Shown here in pieces: positions 1 to 33,126 of a stretch of DNA of 64,000 nucleotides (position 1 is its first letter; the number at the start of each line of letters is the position of its first letter). The DNA is taken from NCBI GenBank assembly GCA_012295275.1, contig CM022677.1, positions 19,840,001-19,904,000 of the forward strand. The letters are read 5' to 3'. The stretch comes from Chrysomallon squamiferum (Eukaryota > Animalia > Mollusca). Under the pieces are notes generated by a model, which saw only the letters and a list, made by a program, of their open reading frames with translations, made no database searches and was not told where the DNA came from. The position numbers and the translations under genes were made by a program.

Positions 1-219
1 GCGTGATGTTATCATGACGTAGTTACTGAAAGATCGCATTCGAGACTACATTTGTACAATATTCTCGCGTGACGTTATTATGACGTAGTTACTGAAAGAT
101 CGCATTCGAGACTACATTTGTACAATATTCTCGCGTGACGTTATTATGACGTAGTTACTGAAAGATCGCATTCGAGACTACATTTGTACAATGTTGTCGC
201 GTGACGTTATGATGACGTA
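1..219. repeat. 66-bp minisatellite, ~3.3 copies (truncated by window start)
   Basis: Unit gcgtgacgttattatgacgtagttactgaaagatcgcattcgagactacatttgtacaatattctc restarts at 1, 67, 133 and 199. Confidence 0.9.
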
Positions 220-412
220 TTGGTGACGTTGCCATATTTGCACAACATCGCTGCGTTGATCTATCCTGATTTAGTAGTAGAGGTATCCTTGAAAACACAA
301 AATTATACGTTTTTCACCTTTGTGTAACATAATTCAAGTAAAGCTGCTTTCACGATTTTATTTAGTTATGTGATGCCTGGTGGTTTTTTTTTTTTTTTTT
401 TTCTGCTTACAT

Positions 413-443
<31 letters not shown>

Positions 444-1169
444 TTGGTTTATTGGTTTATTTATTTATTTATTTATTTATAAATTCATGTATTTATTTAT
501 TGGTGGTAATTATTGTTGTGTGTATGTGTGTGTCTAGGTTGCGTGTATGTATGTATGGATGCGTGGATGGATGGATATCAATGTTAGTAGTAACAAAACC
601 ACTAATACAAAATAATTGCAATAATAATAATGATAATAGTAATGAATATAGTATATTCAACACCGGTGATAATAACAATAATTATAAATAAAACAACAGC
701 AATATGTACCCAAGTATGTACCTAGCATTTGTGTATCTATGTCTTTCTATATCATTTATTTATCTACTACACCTGTTAATATATACATACATACATATAC
801 GTATATATATATATGTGTATGAGAGATATATGCATACATAATATATAATATATATATATGTATGTATATGTACACACACACACACACACACAAATACACA
901 TACATTAATACATACATATATAATTGCAATGTGATGAATATAATAACTATTTTATCGCCATATTTACTGTTCATTGCAACATGTAACTAACTATTCCAGT
1001 GTTAACTTGATCCTGTTGTGAACATCTGCTGTCCGTTCACTTGTATATACACTTTCATGTCATATTTAGTTTGACTGGTTTAATTGGGGCAGTGTTTATA
1101 TGAATTAATATTAATACCTATTATCGTGGATTTCAAACATACCGTACTTACGTTTAATCCGATACCAAA

Positions 1170-5098
<3,929 letters not shown>

Positions 5099-5720
5099 CA
5101 TGTTTAACAAATAAAAGATAGAATATTCCAGAACATTTTTTTTTCTGTTGTTTTGTGGTTATATCGAATTATTTTGTGATAGAAATTAAAAAAAAAAAAA
5201 AAAAATGGTTTTTGAATATTCCAGAAAATGAATTGGAAATGGATAAATCAGTATCTAGCTGCGTTATCAGATTATCAGTCTACCTGTCTATCTCTCTGTC
5301 TTTATGTTTCTCTCTATCCTAGAGTCTGTCTCTATATCTCTCTTCGTGCATCTCTCTGTCTGTCAGTCTGTGTGTGTGTCTGTTTTTATCTCGGTTAATT
5401 TTTGAATATATAAAGACAACCGTAGGAAGAACATTTCTCTGTCTGTCTGTCTCTGTGACTCTATATGTCTGTCTCTCCTCCAGACAGTCTGACTGTGTGT
5501 CTGTATTTCTTTCTCTATCTGATTTAATTACTGAATGGATATATAACCGCAGAACGACAGAAATAATAATAATAATAGCAATAATAACAATAATAATAAT
5601 AACAATAATAATAATAACAATAATAATCATAACAATAAGAACAATAACAACAACAATAATAACAACAATAATAAAAATAATAATAATAATAACAATAATA
5701 ATAATAATAATAATAACAAC

Positions 5721-5785
<65 letters not shown>

Positions 5786-5906
5786 TAAAAATAAAAATAA
5801 TAATAGCAATAACAATAATAATAATAATAACAATAATTATAATAACAGTAATAACAATAATAATAACAATAACAATAGTAATAGTAATAATAACAAAAAC
5901 AATAAC

Positions 5907-5950
<44 letters not shown>

Positions 5951-6275
5951 TAATAATGACTGATGCCATTCGCTCGCACTACGCGGGTATAAACTCGACC
6001 AGTGAGAACAAAGAGAACAAAACAGAGAGGCCCAACAATAAAGATTAATCGTATTTTTTCTGTCCTTTATTGCGTGTGTCTGTTTTTATTCGTGTGCATG
6101 TATTTTTGTGTGAATGTATTTGTATACGAGTCTGAATATGTGACTGAATATCTGTATTTCCATGAGAACTAGCAGTAGTAGCAGTTGCTGTAGTAGTAAT
6201 AGTAAATAACTATAACTGGCAACTGTTTCTCCGTATGGGACCCATTTTTAAGTGCCTTTATTTAAAAAAAATTCG

Positions 6276-6306
<31 letters not shown>

Positions 6307-6426
6307 TGTGTCGGTGTGTGTGTGTGTGTGAATGAATATCTATGTTTCAGTAGATTTATGTTTGTGTGTATGTTTCTGTCTATCCTTGTGTGTATGTTTG
6401 TATTTTTGCATGTATGTATATGTTCG

Positions 6427-6463
<37 letters not shown>

Positions 6464-6689
6464 ATGGAGTATGTATCTATTTATTTACGTGCATATTTTA
6501 TATTTGAATATTCTCTGTCTTACGTACGTCTGAATAGACTCTGCACATAGACACTGGCGCAGGAGGACAAAGTCCAATCACGACCTCACAAACCCGTCAG
6601 ATGCCCATGAGGATGATAATAATAAACATAATAGTTCTTATTAATGTTATTATTATTAATGTTATTATTATTAATATTATTATTATTAT

Positions 6690-6724
<35 letters not shown>

Positions 6725-6806
6725 GTACTACAATAATAATAATACAAATAATTATTAATATAATTATTATTTCTACTACTGCTATTACTATTGTAATTTT
6801 TGTTAC

Positions 6807-6849
<43 letters not shown>

Positions 6850-6851
6850 AT

Positions 6852-6883
<32 letters not shown>

Positions 6884-7033
6884 TTATATTAGTTGCTGTT
6901 GCTGCTATTGTAATTATGAATATTATTATTGTTTTTGTTCTCGTAATTATTAATCTTATTCATAATTATCATTATTACTACTACTACTACTTATTATTAT
7001 TATCTTCATCATCATCATCATTATTATTATTAA

Positions 7034-7064
<31 letters not shown>

Positions 7065-7102
7065 TTTTTTTTTTATTATTATTATTATTATAATTGTTTT
7101 TA

Positions 7103-7158
<56 letters not shown>

Positions 7159-7334
7159 TTTGTTATTATTATTATCAGCGCTTTTCGGTGTTCATGTAAA
7201 TGACATAGGAAAGTTTGTTAGCAGTATGTTCTTCACTCAAATTCAAATTCCAAATAGCCAAGCCTCATCAACTTCTTCTTCGAGCATGATCATAAAACAT
7301 GGTAAGAAAACAACTCGTAAATCTAAAGCAGATA

Positions 7335-8045
7335 TAACTGCAGAGAAACACACTATCATCAGTACTGTAGAGAAACACACGATCGTCAATACTGTAGAGA
7401 AACACACAATCATCAATACTGTAGAGAAACACACAATCATCAATACTACAGAGAAACACATAATCATCAATACTGTAGAGAAACACACAATTATCAATAC
7501 TGCAGAGAAACACATAATCATCAATACTGCAGAGAAACATATAATCATCAATACTGTAGAGAAACACACAATCATCAATACTGCAGAGAAACACATAATC
7601 ATCAATACTGTAGAGAAACACACAATTATCAATACTGCAGAGAAACACACAATCATCAATACTGCAGAGAAACACATAATCATCAATACTGTAGAGAAAC
7701 ACACAATTATCAATACTGTACACACGATCATCAATACTGCAGAGAAAACACAATCATCAATACTGCAGAGAAACACACAATCATCAATACTGTACAGAAA
7801 CAGACACTCATCAATACTGTAGAGAAATACACAATCATTAATACTGTAGAGAAACGTGTACTCATCAATACAGTAGAGAAACACACAATGATCAATACTG
7901 CAAAGAAACGCACTATCATCAATACTGCAGAGAAACACACGATCATCAATACTGCAGAGAAACACACGATCATCAATGCTGCAGAGAAACACACAATAAT
8001 CAATACTGCACAGACAATCATCAATACTGCAGAGAAACACAAAAT
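7335..8045. repeat. 27-bp minisatellite (tactgcagagaaacacacaatcatcaa)n, ~26 units
   Basis: Direct tandem repeats in intron 5 of copy 2. The unit resembles the single-copy intron-5 sequence of paralogues (atcgatactgctcagaaagacgcacac). Confidence 0.9.
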
Positions 8046-8463
8046 CATCTGTTTTCACTTGCACTTGACAACAGAAAGATTTCTTACAACATTTCTCACA
8101 ACGGCTAAGTAAAGTGTTTTCATTCTCATATTCCTGCCATGTAAACTTAATCGAAAAATCTCTCACAAGACTTCCTCGAATGGCGAAGCAAATTTATTTT
8201 TTCTTTCTCGTATTCTTTCTACGTTAAAGTTAAGGTAAAAGGAATCTGCATTGTTTCGATTCATTCAGCTGTTGTGTTAAACATTACTGTAAACACACGA
8301 GATGAAACGATGCTGAAAGAGGGAAAGTTTTAATTTACGTTTCGTTTCGTTTACGGTTTTTAATGATGCTAAACTTTACTGCGACTCTTTTTTTGTACGA
8401 TTAGCTACAAAGGAAATTTTATTATTCCAATGTGTCTGTTTGTCTGTCTGGTGGTCTCTCTCG

Positions 8464-9448
<985 letters not shown>

Positions 9449-9884
9449 ATGGTCGTCTGTTGGTGAAGATGTCAAATTCACTTTCTCAGGTGAAGTTAAC
9501 AGGATTTTAAGCCAGTAGTTTCACTATATCCTCTTTTGAAATTCTTTCGTGATACATAAATAAATAAAATAAAAAATTCTAGAAAATTACAGTGTGTTAT
9601 GTCTTTGTGATACCAGCACATACTCTGATACTCCTGTTAGATCTATTTCTACTAAACTATTGTTTTTGTTTTCCTATTCTTCTTTTTTACCATTTTTTTT
9701 TTTTTTTTTTTTGTCTTCAAAAATGAAAAAAAAAAATGCTAGTACTGTTGGAGTTGCTACTGTTACCACAAATAGCTTTTGTTTGTTTCTTTGTTTCTAC
9801 GTTTTTTTCGGGTTTTTTTTTCTGTTCGCTTCTTTTTTAGTTAGTTTGTTTGTTTCGTTGTTTGTATGTTTCTTTCTGAGACTC

Positions 9885-9931
<47 letters not shown>

Positions 9932-10002
9932 GTGTTTCATTACAAATAAGATTATTATTACTGATAGAAACATCAGGAACTACTTACGACAATAATAATT
10001 AC

Positions 10003-10048
<46 letters not shown>

Positions 10049-10344
10049 TAATAATAGTGGTAGTTCAAGAAACAACAACAACAACAACAATAATAATAAT
10101 ATTGATAATAATAACAATAATAATAATCAAAATAATAATAGTGATATAATAATAGTAGTAGTAGTAGTAAGAGCAATAATAATAATAATATTAATATCAA
10201 TAATAATAGCAACAACAAAATAGCAACAAAAATAATAATAACAATAAAAATTATAATAATAATAATAATTTATTACAATTATAATTATAATAATAACAAT
10301 AATAATAATAAAGAAAATAAGAATTGTTATTATCATTGCATGTG

Positions 10345-10650
10345 ACTGCAGTATTTTTAAATCAACGAAACAGAAATCAGTCTGGTATTAAAACTGTCCA
10401 ACACTTGCGTACTTAAGCAATTTTGTGTATAAAATAAACTAAAATGAAAACGGAATATAAATTATCTATAAAAAGTAAAGCGACGTCGGATTTGCCACTA
10501 TGAAAATATACGCACATTTAATAATCAAGAACGAGAAAAAATTTCCTTTGATCTGTGAACACCTGAACAAGTTAATATCCTCACAGTTTTACAACCACGT
10601 GTGCAGCAATGAAAATTAAATAAACTTCATGTAATATATCAGAAATATAT
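10345..10650 (-). promoter_or_regulatory. Orphan conserved upstream/exon-1 block, lacking ATGAAG|gt
   Basis: The reverse complement matches 38925-39240 and the block leading into exon 1 of copy 10 (59165-59511): cattgctgcacacg...gattattaaatgtgc...acgcaagtgttggacagttttaataccagactgatttct...atactgcagtcac. Confidence 0.55.
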
Positions 10651-10678
10651 GACATTAACCTTCACCTACCTCTACCCC

Positions 10679-10778
<100 letters not shown>

Positions 10779-11136
10779 CTCTCTGTCAGAGAGACTATTC
10801 GATCATGACTGTATGTATCTGTCGCGCTCTCCATATATATATATATATATATATATATACGCACACACACACACATACACACACACATACACAAAGAAAC
10901 ACACACACACAGACACACACGCACGCACGCACACACACACACACAGACACACACACACACCCAGGCTCTACTGATGTAGCTGGGTTGAAAGAGTGGTGAC
11001 ACAGAGACCGATACAACCAGTTCTTTAACACAGTGATTGTCGGTTCAGTGAAAGAAACACACTTTATAAAAAGGAAAACACGACGAACCAGAAACAAAAC
11101 TAGGTTTTCTCAAACAGTCTTTTTTCTTTATTCGCA

Positions 11137-14813
<3,677 letters not shown>

Positions 14814-15277
14814 TTTGGTATCGGACTGTACGTAGCTGCAGTATGTCTGAAATTCACGTTGACAGAAACTGGTATTAATTCAGACGAACGCTGGCACAAT
14901 CAGCCAATCAAACGAAATCTGATCTCAAAGTGTGTATGGTTGGATGGACAACAGATGTTCTCAACAGCATCAAGTTAATTATATCTAGTTTAGGATTTTG
15001 AATATTCTCTGTCTTATGTACACGTAGGCAATATTCGTGAACACACTTTTTTGCATGTATGTATGTTTGAATGTATGTATGTATGTATGTTTGTATGTAT
15101 GTATGTATGTATGTATGTATGTATGTATGTATGTATGTGTGTATGTATGTATATATTTATCGATCTTAGGATTCAATATTCTCTATCTTATGCAAGTCTG
15201 GTTAGACACTACATTTAGACAATATTCGAGAATATATATATATATATGTATAATCTATCTATCTATCTATCTATCTA

Positions 15278-15323
<46 letters not shown>

Positions 15324-15414
15324 TATTTAAATAGATACGTACGTACATACATGCATTCATGTATATACGCATACATACATTCATACATAATACAGATATA
15401 TACATGCATATTGA

Positions 15415-15530
15415 GTCATAAACTCTACGTTCGTCTGCTTTCGGAGTGCGGTAGAATGGGTGTCTTACGTTCGAGTCTCGTCAGCGGCATCTGACAGGTT
15501 TCTGAGGTCGTGACTGGAGTTTGTTCTAAT
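15415..15530 (+). mobile_element. tRNA-derived SINE-like copy upstream of copy 3
   Basis: cttcggagtgcggtagaatgggtgtcttacgttcgagtctcgtcagcggcatctgacagg matches the element at 4691-4799. Confidence 0.5.
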
Positions 15531-15627
15531 GAAAAACTATTAAAAACTCCAGTTGAGAGATATTCGATCCCAAGACTTTCCACTGCTCACATCTCCCTCC
15601 TCATATTAAACCAGTGTGTGTGTGTGT

Positions 15628-15661
<34 letters not shown>

Positions 15662-15662
15662 T

Positions 15663-15703
<41 letters not shown>

Positions 15704-15919
15704 ATGTGCAGAGTCTAATCTTACAAAAAAAACACTACTAGAGAAACACCCAAAAAATTATGAAAGACAGATCGGTATGCTTCCTGGAAAGCTATGATTA
15801 GAACAAGAACAAGAAGAAGAACAACAACAACAACAACAACAAAAACAACAACAACCACATCAACAACAACAACAACAACAACAACAATAATAATAATAAT
15901 AATAATAACAATAATCTCC

Positions 15920-15980
15920 CCTTCAAGTCCATGGTTTTTAATGTTACCATGACAACGAACTGATACTATACTATATAAGC
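15920..15980 (-). pseudogene. Orphan exon-2 (signal exon) relic
   Basis: Minus strand cagttcgttgtcatggtaacattaaaaaccatggacttgaag|gg is homologous to E2 but has a dead donor. Confidence 0.5.
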
Positions 15981-16259
15981 AACAATAACGATGTCAACAT
16001 CGACAACAACGAAAACACGATCAGCAGCAACGGAAATACTACTGCTGTTGCTACTGCTGCTACTACTACTACTGCTACAACTATTGATTCTGCTATTGCT
16101 ACTGTAACTATTACTACTATTACTGTTACTCCTACTATTCTAGTATAACTAGCATTGCTACTACCACTAAGACTGTTTTATTATTATATTACTACTACTG
16201 TTCCTACTACTACTTCGATTACTATTATTATTATTATCTTTTACTATAATTACTACTAC

Positions 16260-16293
<34 letters not shown>

Positions 16294-16601
16294 ATTATTA
16301 TTATTATTGTATTAAATATACATTTTAGTCTTAGTTCACGTTGGCCTTCAACGTTTTACACATAATTCAGTTTTTAGGTTAAATGCAGAACTAGAAGGTA
16401 ATAAAACAAAGTCATTTGCGATACAATAAAATATATTTAACACGTTCTGATTTGAATATTCCGAGTCTGGAAATAAAACAAGTCTCTCGAACTTCAAAGA
16501 TCAAAATGTATATGATGTACATGAGGATTTTTATTTCTTCCAACTTGTAATAAAAAGTATCTATGGCTGGTACTTTGTAGAGACAGAAAATGAAAGAGAG
16601 T

Positions 16602-16679
<78 letters not shown>

Positions 16680-16780
16680 TATATAGATATATATGTATAT
16701 AATATATATACAGATAGAGAGATAGGAAGAGATATATGAACGCTGCATAGAACGAAAGGAATAAATAGTACGAAAAAAAC

Positions 16781-16872
<92 letters not shown>

Positions 16873-17006
16873 TTAGTTTGAACGTCACTCTTTCTTTCTC
16901 TCTGTATGTATCTGCCATACTCTCTCTATGCATACACATATAAATAGATAGATAGATATCTAGATAGAGGGACAGATAGATAGATACATAAACAGACATA
17001 GATTGG

Positions 17007-17137
<131 letters not shown>

Positions 17138-17742
17138 GACACACAGGCTCTACTGATGTCATGAACGTACGAACGTTTATTTTCTTGTTCTCTTATCTTG
17201 TTCTTTCGTTGAAAAAAATTAAATAAAATAAAAAATAAATAAACAAAGAATTTCTAAAATTAATTTCGATTTATTGTAGCATTGTGAAATAGGAAACTCA
17301 GTGTTAGCACATATAACAGTAGTTTTAGAAGGTGAATGCTTACACTCATCTATTTTTTCTTTCACTATTTTGTAAGTTTATCATCACTACTACTGCTGCT
17401 ATTACAACTAGTACATCTACAACAACAACAACTCCTACTATATTATTACCTAATGTAATTATAACGTGCAGTTCATCTTGACTTTTATCGTTTTAGTTAT
17501 AATTCCTTTTGGTACCTAAATTGAAAATATCACGATAACAAAAGAAATCTACGATGCAATAAAAAATATTTAACACACACAAATGTTTAAGTGATATTCA
17601 TAAAATATTAAAACAGAGACATTGAGAGAGAGAGAGAAAGAGAGAGAGAGAAAGAAAGAGAGAGATAAACAGAGAGAGAGACAGAGACACAGAGAAACTA
17701 TTCGATCATGACTTTATGTGTCTGTCGCGCTATTCGTATATG

Positions 17743-17787
<45 letters not shown>

Positions 17788-17898
17788 CCACACACACAGA
17801 CACTACTGATGTAGCTGGGTTGAAAGAGTGGTGACACAGAGACCGATACAACCAGTTCTTTAACTCAGTGATTGTCGGTTCAGTGAAAGAAACACACT

Positions 17899-22694
<4,796 letters not shown>

Positions 22695-23019
22695 TTTGGT
22701 ATCGGACTGTACGTAGCTGCAGTATGTCTGAAATTCACGTTGACAGAAACTGGTATTAATTCAGACGAACGCTGGCACAATCAGCCAATCAAACGAAGTC
22801 TGATCTCAAAGTGTGTATGGTTGGAGGGACAACAGATGTTCCCAACAGCATCAAGTTAATTATATGTAGTTTAGGATTTTGAATATTCTCTGTCTTATGT
22901 ACACGTAGGCAATATTCGGAAACAACCTGTGTTTGCATGTATGTGTGTTTGAATGTATGTATGTATGTATGTATGTATGTATGTATGTATGTATGTATGT
23001 ATGTATGTATGTATGTATG

Positions 23020-23051
<32 letters not shown>

Positions 23052-23203
23052 TGTATGTATGTATGTATGTATATATGTATGTGTGTATGTATGTATATAT
23101 TTATAGATCTTAGAATTGAATATTCTCTATCTTACGCAAGTCTGGTTAGACACTACATTTAGACAATATTCGGGAATATCTATATGTATAATCTATCTTT
23201 CTT

Positions 23204-23244
<41 letters not shown>

Positions 23245-23422
23245 ATATATATATATAGTACCCACATGCATATTTAAATAGATACGTACGTACATACATG
23301 CATTCATATATACACGCATACATACATACATACATAATACAGATATATACATGCAGTATATACACACGCACACACACACACACACATTCATTCTGATACA
23401 TTCATAAAACAATATTCAGACA

Positions 23423-23530
23423 TAAACTGTACCGTCGTGTACTTTCGGAGTGCGGTAGAATGGGTGTCTTACGTTCGAGTCTCGACAGCGGCATCTGACA
23501 GGTTTGTGAGGTCATGATTGGACTTTGTTC
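23423..23530 (+). mobile_element. tRNA-derived SINE-like copy upstream of copy 4
   Basis: Same sequence as 15415-15530. Confidence 0.5.
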
Positions 23531-23613
23531 TAATGAAAAACTATTAAAAGTTCCAGTTGAGAGATATTCGATCCCAAGACTTTCCACTCCTCAATCTCAC
23601 TTCCTATATTAAA

Positions 23614-24604
<991 letters not shown>

Positions 24605-24619
24605 AGAGTCTAATCTTCC

Positions 24620-24695
24620 CTTCAAGTCCATGGTAAGATGTGGAGGTTTTTAAAGTTACCATGGCAACGAACTCATACACCTACTGCATAGCAAC
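24620..24695 (-). pseudogene. Orphan exon-2 relic
   Basis: Minus strand translates VYEFVAMVTLKTSTSYHGLE|gg, homologous to E2 (LYCQSVAMVILEIFFTVYGYE). Confidence 0.55.
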
Positions 24696-25081
24696 AATAA
24701 CGATGTCAACAACATCAACGAAAACACGATCAGCAGCAACGGAAATACTACTGCTGTTCCTACTCCTGCTTCTACTACTACTACTACTGCTACGACTATT
24801 GCTTCTACTATTGCTACTGTAACTATTACTACTATTACTGTTACTCCTACTATTCTAGTATAACTAGCTTTGCTATTACCACTAAGACTGTTTTATTATT
24901 ATATTACTACAACTGTTCCTACTACTACTACGGTTACTACAATTATTATTCTTATCTTTTATTATTATAATATTATTATTATTATTATTGTTATTGTTAT
25001 TGTTGTTGTTGTTGCTGTTGTTGTTGTTGTTGTTGTCGTTACTATCATTATTACCGTAATTCTTGTTGTTACTATGATTAC

Positions 25082-25175
<94 letters not shown>

Positions 25176-25641
25176 GTATTAAATATACATTTTAGTCTTA
25201 GTTCACGTTGGCCTTCAACGTTTTACACATAATTCAGTTTGTAGGTTAAATGCAGAACTAGAAGGTAATAAAACAAAGTCATTTGCGATACAATAAAATA
25301 TATTTAACACGTTCTGATTTGAATATTCCGAGTATGGAAATAAAATAAGTCTCTCGAACTTCAAAGATCAAAATGTATATGATGTACATGAGGATTTTTA
25401 TTTCTTCCAACTTGTAATAAAAAGATCTATGGCTGGTACTTTGTAGAAACAGAAAATGAAAGAGAGTAAAATATATATATATATATATATATAAATGTAT
25501 GTATATAATATATATATAGATAGAGAGATAGGGAGAGAGATAGATATATATATATATGTATATAATATATATAGAATGATACATAGAACGAAAGAAAGAA
25601 ATATTACGAAAAAAAACGTGTGTGAGTGTGTGTGTGTTTGA

Positions 25642-25767
<126 letters not shown>

Positions 25768-25933
25768 GTAGATTGATGTCTGTATGTATCTGCCACACTC
25801 TCTCTAGGTCTGCACGTATCGATGTATGTGCTTACACATATAAACAGATAGATAGATAGCTAGATAGAGAGACAGATAGATAGATACATAAACAGACATA
25901 GATTGGATATACACACACACACACACACAGCCA

Positions 25934-25967
<34 letters not shown>

Positions 25968-26655
25968 GACACACAGGCTCTACTGATGTCATTACTGATG
26001 TGTTAGCGCATATAACAGTAGTTTCAGAAGGTGAATGCTTACACTCATCTATTTGTTCTTTCACTATTTTGTAAGTTTATCATCACTACTACTGCTGCTA
26101 TTACAATTAGTACATCTACAACAACATCAACTCCTACTATATTATTACCTAATGTAATTATAACGTTCAGTTCATCTTGACTTTTATCATTTTAGTTATA
26201 ATTCCTTTTATTACATAAATTCAAAACATCACGATAACAAAACAAATCTACGATGCAATAAAAAATATTTAACACACACAAAATGTTAAAGTGATATTCA
26301 TAAAGTACTAAGACAGAGAGTGAGAGAGAGAGAGAAAGAGAGAGAGACAAAGAAAGAGAGAGATAAAGAGAGAGACAGAGAGAGACTATTCGATCATGAC
26401 TGTATGTGTCTGTCGCGCTCTTCGTATATATATAAACGTACACACAGACACACATACACACGCACACACATGCACACACACAGACTCTACTGATGTAGCT
26501 GGGTTGAAAGAGTGGTGACACAGAGACCGACACAACCAGTTCTTTAACACAGTGATTGTCGGTTCAGTGAAAGAAACACACTTTATAAAAAGGAAAACAC
26601 AACGAACCAGAAACAAAACACGGTTTTCTGAAACAGTCTTTTTTCTTTATTCGCG

Positions 26656-30016
<3,361 letters not shown>

Positions 30017-30767
30017 TTTGGTATCGGACTGTACGTAGCTGCAGTATGTCTGAAATTCACGTTGACAGAAACTGGTATTAATTCAGACGAACGCTGGCAC
30101 AATCAGCCAATCAGACGAGATCTGTAAATGGAGGGATGGACAACAGATGTTCTCAACAGCATCAAGTTAATTATATCTAGTTTAGGATTTTGAATATTTT
30201 CTGTCATATGTACACTCTGCACGTAGGCAATATTCGGGAACAACCTGTGTTTGCATGTATATTTGTTTGAATGTATGTATGTATGAATGTATGTATGTTT
30301 GTATGTATATATGTATGTATATATGCATGTATGTGTGTATGTATGTATGTATGTATATATGTATGTGTGTTTGAATGTAAATATGTATGTATATATGTAT
30401 GTATGTATGCATGTATGTATGTATGTATGTATGTATGTATGTATGTATGTATGTATGTATGTATGTATGTATATATGTATGTGTGTATGTATGTATATAT
30501 TTATCGATCTTAGGATTTAATATTCTCTATCTTATGCAAGTCTGGTTAGACACTACATTTAGACAATATTCGGGAATATATGTATGTATAATCTATCTAT
30601 CTATCTATCTGTCTATCTATCTATCTATATATGCATATTTAAATAGATACGTACGTACATACATGCATTCATATAAACACGCATACATACAGACATACAT
30701 AATACAGATATATACATGCATTATACGCACACACACATTCTGATACATTCATAAAACAATATTCAGT

Positions 30768-30880
30768 CATAAACTCTACGTTCGTGTGCTTTCGGAGTGC
30801 GGTAGAATGGGTGTCTTACGTTCGAGTCTCGTCAGCGGCATCTGACAGGTTTGTGAGGTCATGATTGAACTTTGTTCTCA
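30768..30880 (+). mobile_element. tRNA-derived SINE-like copy upstream of copy 5
   Basis: Same sequence as 15415-15530. Confidence 0.5.
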
Positions 30881-31136
30881 TGAATCCCTATTATAAACTC
30901 CAGATCCCAAGACTTTCCACTGCTCACATCTCCTCACACCCCAAAAATTACGAAAGACAGATCTATGTGCAGAGTCTAATCTTACAAAAAAAAACACTAT
31001 CAGAGAAACACCCAAAAAATTATGAAAGACAGATCGGTATGCTTCCTGGGAAGCTATGATTAGAACAAGAAGAAGAAGAAGAACAACACCAACAACAACA
31101 ACAACAACAAAACAACAAAAACAACAACAACCACAT

Positions 31137-31208
<72 letters not shown>

Positions 31209-31214
31209 TAATCT

Positions 31215-31278
31215 TCCCTTCAAGTCCATGGTTTTTAATGTTACCATGACAACGAACTGATACCATACTATAAAGCAA
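31215..31278 (-). pseudogene. Orphan exon-2 relic
   Basis: Near-identical to 15920-15980. Confidence 0.5.
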
Positions 31279-31578
31279 CAATAACGATGTCAACATCGAC
31301 AGCAACGAAAACACGATCAGCAGCAACGGAAATACTACTGCTGTTGCTACTGCTGCTACTACTACTACTGCTACAACTATTGATTCTACTATTGCTACTG
31401 TAACTATTACTACTATTACTGTTACTCCTACTATTCTAGTATAACTAGCTTTGCTACTACCACTAAGACTGTTTTATTATTGTATTACTACTACTGTTCC
31501 TACTACTACTACGATTACTACAATTATTATTATTCTCTTTTACTATTATTATTACTACTACTATTAACATATTAACAC

Positions 31579-31879
<301 letters not shown>

Positions 31880-32209
31880 GTATTAAATATAGATTTTAGT
31901 CTTAGTTCAGCGTTTCAATGTTTTACACATAATTCAGTTTGTAGGTTAAATGCAGAACTAGAAATAATAAAACAAAGTCATTTTCGCTAAAATAAAATAT
32001 ATTTAACACGTTGTGATTTGAATATTCCGAGTCTGTAGATTGATGTCTGTATGTATCTGCCACACTCTCTCAATGTCTGCACGTATCGATGTATGTACAT
32101 ACACATATAAATAGATAGATAGATAGACAGATAGATAGATACATAAATAGAAAATATAGATTGGTATATATATATACACACACACAAACACACAGACACA
32201 CTCACACAG

Positions 32210-32243
<34 letters not shown>

Positions 32244-32514
32244 ATGTAGCTGGGTTGAAAGAGTGGTGACACAGAGACAGATAAAACCAGTTCTTTAACA
32301 CAGTGATTGTCGGTTCAGTTATATATTAAAAAGTAAAGTGACGTCGGATTTGCGACTATGAAAATATATGCACATTTAATGATGAAGAACGAGAAAACTT
32401 TCCTTTGATCTGTGAACAGCTGAACAAGTTAATATCCTCACAGTTTTACAACTACGAGTGCAGCAATGAAAATTAAATAAACTTCATGTAATATATCAGA
32501 AATATATAACTCCA

Positions 32515-32588
<74 letters not shown>

Positions 32589-32645
32589 GATTTTCTATCA
32601 TTCTCTCTTTCTGTCACTCTCTCATTTTCTATGATATTGTTGCAA

Positions 32646-32709
32646 CAAGTATGGCGTCAGCTCGTTGCCATGGTGACTTTGCAAACCTGCATCAATCACG
32701 GACCTGAAG
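32646..32709 (+). pseudogene. Orphan exon-2 relic upstream of copy 6
   Basis: QVWRQLVAMVTLQTCINHGPE|gg. The acceptor reads aa and the donor gg, so both are dead. Confidence 0.55.
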
Positions 32710-32712
32710 GGA

Positions 32713-32774
<62 letters not shown>

Positions 32775-33085
32775 CATTGTTGTTGTTGTTGCTGTTGCTT
32801 TAGTTATTATTATTACTTTTATTGTTGTTGTTGTTATCATAATTATTATGCTTATTACTGTTACTGTTTTTGTTTTCATTATTTTTCACATTATTGTTAA
32901 TATTCTTATTGTTTTTTTTGTTGTTGATGTTTTTATCATTTTTATTGTTATGTTGTTATTGATGTTGTTATTGTAGTTATTATCATCATCATTATGCTTG
33001 TTAATATTATTGTTATTATTGTTTATTTTATTATTATTACTATTATTACTACTATTCTTGTAATTATTATTATTATTATTATTAT

Positions 33086-33126
<41 letters not shown>

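Noticed and set aside
7094-8166. 242-aa and 307-aa repetitive ORFs (EKHTIINTA)n
   Set aside because: They are open only because the 27-bp minisatellite unit lacks stops. The array lies in an intron-homologous position.
24655-24668. RFX X-box-like palindromes (gttaccatggcaac; similar at ~1759, 14571, 32664, 46619, 60298)
   Set aside because: Most are the V-A-M-V codons of exon 2 or its relics, or are co-duplicated intron sequence, so they are not independent evidence of RFX regulation.
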